A stretch of 64,000 nucleotides of DNA from assembly GCF_009914755.1 (NCBI RefSeq), contig NC_060946.1; one strand, given 5' to 3'. The stretch is from the human T2T-CHM13v2.0 reference genome, Homo sapiens. The stretch's first letter is position 1; the number at the start of each line of letters is the position of its first letter. Under the pieces are notes generated by a model that did not search any database, had not been told where the DNA came from, and was given only the letters and a program-made list of their open reading frames with translations. The position numbers and the translations under genes are program-made. Of this stretch, positions 52,201 to 64,000 are shown one piece after another.

Positions 52201-55200
52201 GGACTCCTGTCTAGGCTAAGCCTACAGGGGCATTGTGACATATCTCTGCAGTGATCACGCAGGTGATATAACTGTTGTCTATATCTGCCTACTGGCGGCA
52301 TTGTGGCATATTTCTGCACTGATCACCCAGGTGATGGACTCTTGTCTTGGATCTGCCTATGGGGGCATAGTGACACGTCTCTGCAGTGATCACTCATGTG
52401 ATGTAACGCTTGTCTAAGCTGCGTCTAAAGGGGAGTTGTGACAGATATCTCCACTGATTACCCAGGTGATGTAACAAACAATTTTCCGCGATTTCTCTAC
52501 AGGGCCTTTGTGACATATCTTTGCACTGATAACCCTGGAGATGTAACTCTTGTCTAGGCTCGGCCTACAGGGGCTGTGTGACATATTTCTGCACTGATCA
52601 CCCAGGTTATGTAACTCTTGTCTATGCTCCACCTACAGGTGGTATTGTGACGTATCTCTGCACTTCTCACACAGGTGATGTAACTCTTGTCTAGGCTCCA
52701 CCTACAGGGTGTATTGTGACATATCTCTGCACTGATCACCCATGTGATGTAATATTTATCTAGGCTCTGCCTACTGGGGCGTTTTGACATAGCTCTGCAC
52801 AGATCACCTGGGTTATGTAACTCTTGTCCACTCTCTGCCTATAGGGGGCATTGTGAAATATCTCTGCACTGATCACCCAGGTGATGGGACTCTTCTCTAT
52901 ACTCTGCCTATAGGGGGATTTGTGACATATATCTGCACGGATCACCCAGGTGATGGAAGTCTTGTCTAGGCTCTGTCTATGGGGTCATTGTGTCAAATAT
53001 CTGCACTGATCACCCAGGTGATGTAACTCTTCTCTAGGCTCTGTATACAGGGATTTTTGTGACGTATCACTGCCCTGATCACCTAGGTGATGTAAGCCTT
53101 GTATGGGCTTTGTGTACAGAAGGCTTTGTGACATATCTATGCACTGATCTCTGAGGTGATGCAACTCTTGTCTAGTCACTGCCTACAGAGGACATTGGTA
53201 CATATCTCTGCAGTGATCACCCAGGTGATGGACTCTTGTCTTAGATCTGCCTACATGGACATTTTGACACATCTCTGACCTGATCAACCAAGTGATGAAA
53301 CTCTTGCCTAGGCTCTGCCTAAATGGGCTTTGTGACACATCTCTGAACTGTTCACCCTGGGGAGGGAACTCTAGTCTACGCTTTGCCTACAGGGGGCATT
53401 GTGAAATATCTCTGCACTGATCACCCAGATGATGGGACTCTTCTTTATACTCTGCCTATAGGGGGATTTGTGACATATATCTGCACGGATCACCCAGGTG
53501 ATGGAAGTCTTGTCTAGGCTCTGTCTATGGGAGCATTATGTCAAATATCTGCACTGATCACCCAGGTGATGTAACTCTTGTCTAGGCTCTGTCTACAGGG
53601 ATTTTTCTGACACATCACTGCCCTGATCACCTAGGTGATGTAAGCCGTGTATGGGCTTTGCGTACAGAAGGCTTTGTGACATATCTATGCACTGATCTCT
53701 GAGGTGATGCAACTCTTGTCTAGTCACTGCCTACATTGGACATTGGTACATATCTCTGCAGTGATCACCCAGGTGATGGACTCTTGTCTTAGATCTGCCT
53801 ACATGGACATTTTGACACATCTCTGACCTGATCAACCAAGTGATGAAACTCTTGCCTAGGCTCTGCCTAAATGGGCTTTGTGACACATCTCTGAACTGTT
53901 CACCCTGGGGAGGGAACTCTAGTCTACGCTCTGCCTACAGGAGGCTTTTTGAGTTATACCTGCACTGATCATCTAGGTGATGTAACACTGGTCTAGAGTC
54001 TCCCTTCACCGGAATCCTCACATATCTCTGCACTGATCATCCAGTTGATGTAACTCATTTCTAGATTCAGACTACAGGAGTGTTTTGACATATCTCTGCA
54101 CTGATCAACCAGTTGATGTAACCCTTGACTAAGCTCTGCCTACAGGGGCATTGTGGCAGATCTCTCCACTGCTCACCCAGGTGATGTAACAATTGTCTGG
54201 GCTTTGCCTACAGGGGGCTTTGTGATATACATTTCCACTGATCAAACAGGTGATGTAACCCTTGGCAAATTTCTGCTTACAGGGGTATTGTGAAATAACT
54301 CTGCACTGATCAACTAGGGGATGTAACTCTTGTCTAGGCTTTCCCTACATGGGTGTTTTCACATATCCCTGAACTGATGAGAAAGATGATGTAACTCTTG
54401 CCTAGGCTTTGCCTACAGGGGATATTGTGACATATCTCTGCACTGATCTCCCAGGTGATGCAACTCTACTCTATGCTCTGCCTACAGGGGACATAGTGAC
54501 ATATCTCTGCACTGATCACCCAGGTGATGGGACTTTTGTCTAGGCTCTGCCTATGGGTGCATTGTGACATATCTCTACACTGATCACCCTGGTGATGTAA
54601 CTCTTGTGTTGGATCTGCCTATGGGGGCATTGTGACATATTTCTGCACTGATCACCCAAGTGATGGGACTCTTATCTAGGCTCTGTGTATGGGTGCTTTG
54701 TGACATATGTCTGCACTGATCACCAAGGTGATGTAACGCTAGACTAGGCTCTGCCTACGAGGCATAGTGACAATCACTGCATTGATCACCGAGGTGATGT
54801 AACGCTTGTCCAGGCTCTGCCTATACGGTGCCTTGTGACATATCTCTGCACTGATCATGGAGGTAATGTAACTCTTGCTTGTGCTCTGCCTGCAGGGCAG
54901 AGATATTGTCAAATATTTCTGCAATGATCACCCAGGTGATGGGACTCTTTTCTAGGCTCTGCCTACTGGGGGCATTGTCACATGTTTCTGCACTGATCAC
55001 CCAGGTGACGGACTCTTGTCTTGGATTTGCCTATGGGGGCATTGTGACATATCTCTGCACTGATCACCCAGGTGATGTAACTCTGGTCCAAGATCTGCCT
55101 AGAGGGGCATTGTGACAGATCTCTGCACTGATCACTCAGGTGATGCAACTCTTGTCTATGCTCTGCTCATAAGGGCCTTGCACATATCTCTGCACTGATC

Positions 55201-58200
55201 ACGCAGGTGATGTAACTGTTGTCTAGGCTCTGCTTACAAAGGGTATTGTGACATATCTCTGCACTGATCACCTAAGTGATGTAACACTTGTGTAGGCTCT
55301 CCCTACAGGGGCATTCTAACATATCTCTGCATTGTTAACCGAGGTGATGTAACCCTTGTCTAGGCTGTGCCCACAGGGGTATTGAGACATATCTCTGCAC
55401 TGATCCCGAGGTGATCCAACTCTTTCCTGGTGTCTGCCTACTGGGGATATTGTGAAATGTCTCTGCACTGATCTCCCAGGTGCTGTAACCTTAGTCTAGG
55501 CTCCAGCTACACGGCATTGTGACATATCACTGCACTGATCACCCACGTGATATAACTCTTGTCTAGGCTCTGCCTACAGGGGCTTGTGAAATATCTCTGC
55601 ACTGATCACCCAGGTGATATAACTCTTCTCTAGGATCTGCCTACAGGGTGCTTTGTGACATATCCCTGCAATGATCACCCAGGTGATATACCACTTGTCA
55701 AGGCTCTGCCTACAGGGGCGTTGCGATGTATCTCTGCACTGATAACCTAGGACATGTAACGCTTGTCTAGGCTCTGCCTACAGTGCCATTGGGACTTATC
55801 TCAGCAATGATCATCCAAGTGATGTATCTCTTGTCTAGGATCTGCCTAAAGGGACTTTGTGACATAACTCTGCACTGATCATCCAGGTGATGGGGCTTTT
55901 GTCTAGGCTCTGCCTAAGGGGGCATTGTGACATATTTCTGCATTGATCACCCAGGTGACAGACAATTGTCTTTGATTTGCCTATGGGGGCATTGTTACAT
56001 ATCTCTGCACTGATCACCCAGGTGATGTAACAGTTGTATAAGCTCTGCCTACAGGGGAATTGTGAGAGATCTCGCCACTGATCACCCAAGTGATGTAACT
56101 ATTGTCTAGGCTTTGCCTACATGGGGCTTTGTGACATAACTTTGCACTGATCACCCAGGTGACGTAACTCATCTAAGTTCTGCCTACAGGAGCTTTGTGA
56201 CATATTTCTGCACTGATCACTTAGGTGATGTAACACTTTAATAAGCATTGCCTACAGGGAATTTTGACAAATCTCCACACTGATCACCTAGGTGATGTAA
56301 CTCTTGTCTACCCTCCGCCCAAAGGGGGCATTGTGAAATATCTCTGCACTGATCACCCAGGTGATTCAACTCTTGTCTAGGATCTGCCTACATGGGTTAT
56401 TGTGAAATATCTCTGCAAGGATGAACTAGGTGATGTTACTCTTGTCTAGGCTCTGCCTACAGGGGCGTTTTCACATATCCCTGAACTGATGACAAAGGTG
56501 ATGTAACTCTTGCCTGGGCTTTGCCTACAGGGGACATTGTGACATATCTCTGCACTAATCACCCAGGTGATGCAACTCTTCTCTATGCTCTGTCTACAGG
56601 GGACATTGTGACATATCTCTTAACTGATCACCCAGGTGATGCAAGTCTTCTCTAAGCTCTGCCTACAGGGTGCACTGTGACGTGTCTCTGCACTGATCAC
56701 CCAGATGATGTAACTCTTTTCTAGACTCTGCCTACGGAAGGCGTTGTAACATCACTCTGCACGGATCACCCGGGTTATGTAACTCTTGTCTAGGCTCTGC
56801 CTTTGGGGGCATTGTGACTTATCTCTGCACTGATAACGCAAGAGATGTGACATTTGTCTAAGCTCTGCTGAGAGGCACATTGGGACATGTCCCTGCAGTG
56901 ATTGCTGAGGTGATCTAAAAGTTGTCTAGGCTTTACCTACAGTGGGATTTATGACATATCTCTGCACTGATCACCCAGGTGATGTAACTCTTTTCTAGGC
57001 TCTGCTAACAGGGGCCTTTTCACATATCACTGCACTGATCACCGAGATGATGTAACTCTTGTATAGGTTTCGCCGACTGGGGGCATTGAGACATATCTCT
57101 GTGCTGATCACCGAGGTGATGTAACTCTTGTCTGGGATCTGCTTACAGGGGTCATTGTGACATATCTCTTCCCTGATCACACAGGTGATGTAACGCTTGT
57201 CTAGGCTCTGCCTCCTGGAAATATTGTGACATATCTCCGCAGTGATCACTCAGGTGATGTCACTTTTGTGAAGGATACGGCTACAGGGACATTGTGACAT
57301 GTCTCTGCACTGATCACACAGCTGATGTAATTCTTGTCTAGGCTCTGGCTACAGGGGGCTTATGACACATCCCTAAACTGATCACCCAGGTAATGTAACC
57401 ATAGTCTAGGCTCTGCCAAAAGGGGGCATTGTGACATAACTCTGCACTGATCACCCAGGTGATGGGACTCTTGTCTAGGCTCTGCCTACAGGGGCATTGT
57501 GACATATCTCTGCACTGATCAAGCGGGTGATGTAACTCTTGTCTATATCTGCCTACTGGCGGCATTGTGGCATATTTGTGCACTGATCACCCAGATGATG
57601 GACTCTTGTCTTGGATCTGCCTATGGGGGCATCATGACATATCTCTGCACTGATCACTCATGTGATGTAATGCTTGTCTAAGCTGCGCCTAAAGGGGAAA
57701 TGGAACAGATATCTCCACTGACCACCCAGGTGAGGTAACAATTTTCTGGGATTGTCTACAGGGGGCTTTGTGACATATATTTGCACTGATCACCCAGGAG
57801 ATGTGACTCTTGTCTAGGCTCGGCCTACAGGGGCTTTGTGACATATTTCTGCACTGATCACCTAGGTGATGTAACTCTTGTCTAGGCTCCAACTACAGGA
57901 GGTATTGTGACGTATCTCTGCACTGATCACACAGGTGATGTAACTCTTGTCTAGGCTCCACTTACAGGGTGTATTGAGACGTATCGCTACACTGATCACC
58001 CAGGTGATGTAACATTTATCTAGGCTCTGCCTACTGGGGCGTTTTGACATAGCTCTGCACAGATCACATAGGTTATGTAACTCTTGTCCACTCTCTGCCT
58101 ACAGGGGGCATTGTGAAATATCTCTGCACTGATCACCCAGGTGATGGGACTCTTCTCTATACTCTGCCTAGAGGTGGATTTGTGACATATCTCTGCACTG

Positions 58201-59405
58201 ATCACCCAGGTGATGGAAGTCTTGCCTAGGCTCTGTCTATGGGGGCATTGTATCAAATATCTGCACTGATCCCCCAGGTGTTGTAACTCTTGTCTAGGCT
58301 CTGTCTACAGGGATTTTTCTGACATATCACTGCACTGATCACCTAGGTGATGTAAACCTTGTATGGGCTTTGCGTACAGAAGGCTTTGTGACATATCTAT
58401 GCACTGACCTCTGAGGTGATGCAACTCTTGTCTAGGCACTGCCTACAGGAGACATTGGTACATCTCTCTGCACTGATCACCCAGGTGATGGCCTCTTGTC
58501 TTATATCTGCCTACATGGACATTGTGGCACATCTCTGAACAGATCGAGCAAGTGATGAAACTCTTGTCTAGGCTCTGCCTACGGGGGTTTTGAGTACACA
58601 TCTCTGTACTGATCACCCTGGGGAGGGAACTCTTGTCTACTCTCTGCCTACAAGAGGCTTTATGACTTATACCTACACTGGTAACCTATGTGATGTAACA
58701 CTTGTCTAGGCTCTGTCTACACGGGAATTCTCACATGTCTCTGCACTGATCACCCGGGTGATGGAACTCCTGTCTAGGTTCAGCCTACAGGAGGGTTTTG
58801 ACATATCTCTGCACTGATCATCCAGGTGATGTAACCCTTTTCTAAGCTCTGCCTCCAGGGGCATTGTGACAGATCTCTCCACTGCTCAACCAGGTGATGT
58901 AACAATTGTCTGGACTTTGCTTACAGGGGGCTTTGTGATATAAAATTCTAGTGATCAAACAGATGATGTAACCCTTGTCAAGGTTCTGCTTACAGGGGCT
59001 TTGTGACATACCTCTGCACTGATCACCCCAGGGAGGAAACATTTGTCTACACTCTGACTACAGGGGGCTTTAGGACTTATCCCTGCACTGATCACTAGGT
59101 GATGGAACACTTGTCTAGGCTCTGTCTACATGGGAATTTTCACATATATCTACACTGATCACCTAAGTGATGTAACCCTTGTCTAGGTTCAGCCTATTGG
59201 GGATTTCTGACATACCTATGCACTGATCACCGAGGTGATGTAAATCATTTCCAGGCTTTTTGTACAGGGGACATTGTGATATATCTCTGCACTGATCACC
59301 CAAATGATGCAAATATTCTCTAGGCTCCGCAGGGAGGGGGCATTGTGATATATTTCTGAACTGATCATCCAGGAGATGTAACTATTCTCCAGGCTTTGAG
59401 TGAAG
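49298..59405 (-). repeat. Beta satellite, double-length spacer (two spacer series fused without a cassette)
   Basis: 68-bp monomers. The ordered series from post-cassette to pre-cassette monomers occurs twice (49.3-54.3 kb and 54.5-59.4 kb). Confidence 0.95.
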
Positions 59406-59517
59406 AGCGTTGGAAGGTGTTGGGAGAGCCTCAGCCGGAATTTCACGGATGGACAGGGGCACAGAGGGGCCAGCAGGCTCCCTTGCACATTAGCCGGGGT
59501 GCTCAATGAGCGCAGGT
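59344..59517 (-). other. pLAM / DUX4 exon 3-like segment, copy 7 (hexamer ATCACA)
   Basis: Plus strand CAT TGTGAT ATATTTCTGAAC at 59341-59361, i.e. minus strand GTTCAGAAATAT ATCACA ATG. Confidence 0.8.
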
Positions 59518-59738
59518 CTAGCCAGGAGGCCAGCAAATAGAGCTATAGGTCTGCGTTCTGATGCCAGGTGCTCCATGGTTGCAGCTGGGGGGCTACAGGG
59601 GCACGGGCCGGCCGGCGACGGTGGCGCTGAGGCGCAGAGGAGGCGAGCCGCTAGAGAGGTGTCAGGCCTGCACGGTGTGCGGGCCCATTGTTTTGCGGGA
59701 CGGGGGTCTACACCCAGCCCAGGTGGGGATGTATTTTC
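59406..59738 (-). repeat. Truncated D4Z4-like cassette 7 (3' tail only), cut by the inversion junction
   Basis: Matches the first ~330 bp of the other cassettes up to GATGTATTTTC, then homology switches strand. Confidence 0.92.
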
Positions 59739-60140
59739 TCAAGTGGGGCCACCGGGCCAAGGTGTGCTTGCGCCACCCACGTCCCAGGGGAGTCATTGTT
59801 GGGGCCGCGGCCGGGGTCCCCAGGTTGCCAGGGCGGCATGGGAACCCCAAGCCGGGGCAGCTCCACCTCGCCAGCCTGCGACCCCGGAGGTCTCCGTGCG
59901 GCAGGGGCAGATGTAAGGCATGCCGGTGCCCTCCAAGGCGCTCCAGGAGCCGGAGCACTCATCTGCACTCCCCTCCGGCCTGCTGCTGGATGAGCTCCTT
60001 GCGGGCCCAGAGATTTTGCAGCAGGTGCAACTCTCCTAGAATCGGAGGCCCCGGGTGAGCTGGAGGCCTTCTAAGGGGTCGCCTCGCTGGAAGCACCCCT
60101 CAGCGAGGAAGAATACTGGGCTCTGCTGGAGGAGCTTTAG
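59739..60140 (+). pseudogene. DUX4L: 5'-truncated DUX4-like fragment (C-terminal third, no homeoboxes), inverted copy 8
   Basis: [46 protein letters not shown]...RQGQM then TAA at 59914. Downstream CTGCTGCTGGATGAGCTC (LLLDEL) and GGAGGAGCTTTAG ending at 60140. Confidence 0.92.
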
Positions 60141-60763
60141 GACGCGGGGATGGGAAGGGGTCGGGTCGGGGCAGGGCATTGGCCTCTCTTTCACGGGGAA
60201 CACCTGGCTGGCTACGGAGGAGCGTGTCTTCCACCCGCCCCATCCCCCGGGCTGACCGGCCTGGGATTCCTGACTTCTTGGTCTAGGCCCGGTGAGAGAC
60301 TCCACAGAGCGTAGAACTGCCATTCTTTCCTGGGCATCCCAGGGATCCCCGAGCGGGCCCAGGTACCAACAGGTGGGCCGCCTACTACACACGCGCGGGT
60401 TTGCAGGCAGCCGCCTGGGCTGTGGGAGCAGCCCGGGCTGAGCTCTCATGCCTTTCCACCACCCCACCCCCGCCTGACCACACCTTCCCCACCCCCACCC
60501 CCCACCCCCGGGAAATGCGTCCTCCCCTGGGCTGGGTGGAGACCCCCGTACCGCCAAACACCGGGCCTGCGCAGCGTCCAGGCCTGACAACCCTCCGGCG
60601 GCTCTCCTCCTCTGTGCCTCTGGGCCACCGTCGCCGGCCAGCCTGTGCCCCTGCAGCCTCTCAGCTGCCACCATGGAGCGCCTGGCGGTGGAACGGAGAC
60701 ATATAGCTCTCTTTGCCGGCCTCCTGGCTAGACCTGCGCTCATTGTGCACCCTGGCTGTCGTG
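59739..60763 (+). repeat. Partial D4Z4-like cassette 8 in opposite orientation
   Basis: DUX 3' end, exon 2-like segment, KpnI at 60362-60367, exon 3 acceptor GGCTAG|ACCTG at 60731/60732. Truncated at ~60763. Confidence 0.92.
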
Positions 60764-63700
60764 GTGTTGTTGCATCACCAGGGTGATCCGTGGAGATATC
60801 TGTCACAATTCCCCTTCAGGCACAGCTATGACAAGCGTTACATCACATGAGTGATCAGTGCAGAGATATGTCACTATGATCCCATAGGCAGATCCAAGAC
60901 AAGAGTCCATCACCTGGGTGATCAGTGCAGAAATATGCCACAGTGACACCAGTAGGCAGATATAGACAAGACTTACATCACCTGGGTTATCACTGCAGAG
61001 ATATGTCACAATGCCCCTGTAGGCAGAGCCTAGAGACAAGTCCCATCACCTGGGTGATCAGTGCAGAGTTATGTCACAATGCCTCCTTTTGGCAGAGCCT
61101 AGACAAGGGTTGCATCACCTGGGTGATTAGTGCAGAGATGTGTCACAAGCCCCCTGTAGCCAGAGCCTAGACAAGAGTTACATCAGCTGTGTGATCAGTG
61201 CAGTGACATGTCACAATGTCCCTGTAGCCATTTCCTAGACAAAAGTGACATCACCTGGGTGATCAGTGCGGAGATACGTCACAATGTCTCCAGTAGGCAG
61301 AGCCTAGACAAGCGTTACATCACCTGGGTGATCAGGGCAGAGATATGTCACAATGCCCCTGTAAGCATATCCCAGACAAGAGTTGCATCACCTCGGTGAT
61401 CAGTGCAGAGATATGTCTCAATGCCCCCTGTCGGCGAAGCCTATACTAGAGTTACATCATCTCGGTGATCAGTGCAGTGATTTGTCAAAATGCTCCTGTA
61501 GGCAGAGCCTAGACAAGAGTTAAATCACCTGGGTAAGCAGTGCATAGATATGTCATAAATCCCACTGTAGGCAGAGCCTAGACAAGTTTTACATCACCTC
61601 AGTGATCAGTGCAGAGATATGTCCTAATGTTCCTCTAGGCAGAGCTTAGACAAGGGTCACATCTCTTGGGTGATCAGTGCAGAAATAAGTCACAATACCC
61701 CCATAGGCAGAGCCTAGACAACAGTTACATAACCCGAGTGATCCCTGCAGTGTGATGTCAAAACGACCTCTGTAGGCAGAGACTAGAAAAGGGTTACATC
61801 ACCTGGGTGATCAGTGAAGAGATATGTCAAAATGCCCCCTGTAGGCAGAGCATAGAGAAGAGTTGCATCACCTGTGTGATCAGTGCAGAGATATGTCACA
61901 ACGTCCCCTGTAGGCAAAGCCTAGGCAACAGTTACATCACCTTTGTCATCAGTTCAGGGATATTTTGAAACGCCCCTGTAGGCAGATTCTAGACAAGAGT
62001 TACTTCACCTAGTGGATCAGTGCAGAGATATTTCACAATACCCCCTGTGGGCAGATCCTAGACAAGAGCTGAATCAACTGGGTGATCAGTGCAGAGATAT
62101 TTCACAATGCCCCCTTTGGGCAGAGGGTAGACAAGAGTAACATCCCCTAGGGATCAGTGCAGAGATTTGTCAAAATTCCCTGTAGGCAGTGCTTATAAAA
62201 GTGTTACATCACCTAAGTGATCAGTGCAAATATATGTCACAAAGCTCCTGTTGGCAGAACTTAGATGAGTTACATCAACTGGGTGATCAGTGCAAAGGTA
62301 TGTCACAACGCCCCGTCTAGGTAAAGCCTAGACAATAGTTACATCACTTGAGTGATCAGTGGTGAGATCTCTCACTATTCCCCTGTTAGTAGAGCTTACA
62401 CAACAGTTACATCACCTGGGTGATCAGTGCAGAGATATCTCACAATGCCCCCATAGGCAGATCCAAGACAAGAGTCCGTCACCTGGGTGATCAGTGCAGA
62501 AATATATCACAATGCCCTCTTAGGCAGAGCCTAGACAAAAGCCCCATCACTTGGATGATCAGTGTAGAGTTATGTCACAAAGTCCCTTTAGGCAGATCCT
62601 AGACAAGAGTTACATCACTTGGATGATCAGTGCAGAGATATGTCACTGTGCCACTGTAGGCAGAGCCTAGACAAGAGTTACGTGACCTAGGTGATCAGTG
62701 CAGAGATACATCACAATGTCCCTGTAGGCAGAGCCTTGACAAGTGGTACATCACCTGGGTGATCATTGCAGGGATATGTCACAAAACACCCTGTAGGTAG
62801 ATTGTAGATAAGAGTTACATCACCTGGGTGATCAGTGCAGTGACATGTCACAATGCCACTGTAGGCAGAGCCTAGACAAGAGTTATATCACCTCGATGAT
62901 AAATACAGTCATATGTCACAATGCCGTGTAGCCAGAGCCTAGACTAAAGTTGCAGCACCTGAGAAATCAGTGCAGAGATATGTCACAATCTCCCCAGTAG
63001 GCAGAGACCAGGCAAGATTTGGATCACCAAGGAATCAGTGCAGAGATGTGTCTCAATCCCCCTCTGGGCAAAACTTAGACAAGAGTTACATCACCTCAGT
63101 TAACAGTGCAGAGATATGTCAAAATGCCCCTGTAGGCAGAGCCTACAGAAGTGTTACATCACTTAGGTGATCAGTGCAGAAATATGTCACAATACCCCCT
63201 ATAAACAGAGCCTAGACAAGAGTTACATCACCTGGGTGATCAGTGCAGAGGTATGTGACAAGGCCCCTTTAAGCAGAGCCTGGAAAACAGTTACATCACC
63301 TAAGTGATCAGTGCAGAGATCTGTCACCATGCCCCTTTAGGCAGAGCTTAGACCAGAGTTACATCACCTGGGTGATCAGGGCAGAGATATCTCAAAATGC
63401 CCCTATAGGCAAATACAATAAACAATAATGTCACCTGGGTGATCGGTGCAAACATACGTGACAATGCCCCCAGTAGGCAGAGCCTAGAGAAGAGTCCCAT
63501 CACCTGGGTGATCAGTGCAGAGATATTTCACAATGCCCCTGCAGGCAGAGCATAAGCAAGAGTTACATCACCTAGATGATCAGTGCAGAGATATGTCACA
63601 AAGCCCCCTATACGCAGAGCATGGAGAAGAGTTACATCACCTTGGTGATCTCTGCAGTGATATGTCCCTATGCCCTGTAGGTAAAGCCTAGTCAAGCATT

Positions 63701-64000
63701 ACATCACCTGGGTAATCAGTGCAGAGATATGTCACAAAGCCCCCATACACAGAGCCTAGACAAGAGTCCCATCACCTGGATGATCAGTGTAGAAATATGT
63801 CACAATGCCCCCATAGGCAGATCCAACACGAGAGTTACATCACCTGGGTGATCAGTGTAGAGATATGTCACAATGCCCCCATAGGCAGAGCCTAGACAAA
63901 AGTCCCATCACCTGGGTGATCAGTGTAGAGATATGTCACAATGCCCCCATAGGCAAAGCCTAGACAAAAGTCCAATCACCTGGGTGATCAGTGCAGAGAT
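60764..64000 (+). repeat. Beta satellite array in inverted orientation
   Basis: Monomers read GATCAGTGCAGAGATATGTCACAATG on the plus strand, the reverse complement of all satellite to the left. Runs off the right edge. Confidence 0.97.

Overview
Primate heterochromatin, very likely human because it carries an AluYa5. The window is a composite tandem array of 68-bp beta (Sau3A/BSR) satellite interleaved with D4Z4-derived cassettes of about 2.75 kb, the LSau/beta-satellite composite known from acrocentric short arms and some pericentromeres. Six complete cassettes lie on the minus strand (10132-12876, 17279-20042, 23175-25939, 31042-33769, 39140-41907, 46534-49297). Each runs DUX promoter - disrupted DUX4-like double-homeobox ORF - exon 2/KpnI junction - pLAM/exon 3-like tail - satellite. 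All six DUX4-like frames are broken, and I find no intact protein-coding gene. At about 59738 the array inverts: a truncated minus-strand cassette is fused to the 3' half of a plus-strand one, and the satellite changes strand. Notable observations: (1) the position matching the FSHD-permissive ATTAAA polyadenylation signal lies inside the first satellite monomer and reads GTCACA (six copies) or ATCACA (one); (2) the pLAM-like tail is an ATG-deleted second copy of the DUX 5' region; (3) one unit near 54.3-54.5 kb lacks its DUX cassette; (4) a full-length AluYa5 with a 14-bp TSD sits in a rare TT|AACA satellite variant; (5) the satellite shows nested 9-mer and 26-28-mer higher-order repeats. I see no evidence of a wholly new biological system. 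Comparisons to DUX4, D4Z4, pLAM and Alu consensus sequences are from memory, not from alignments run here.
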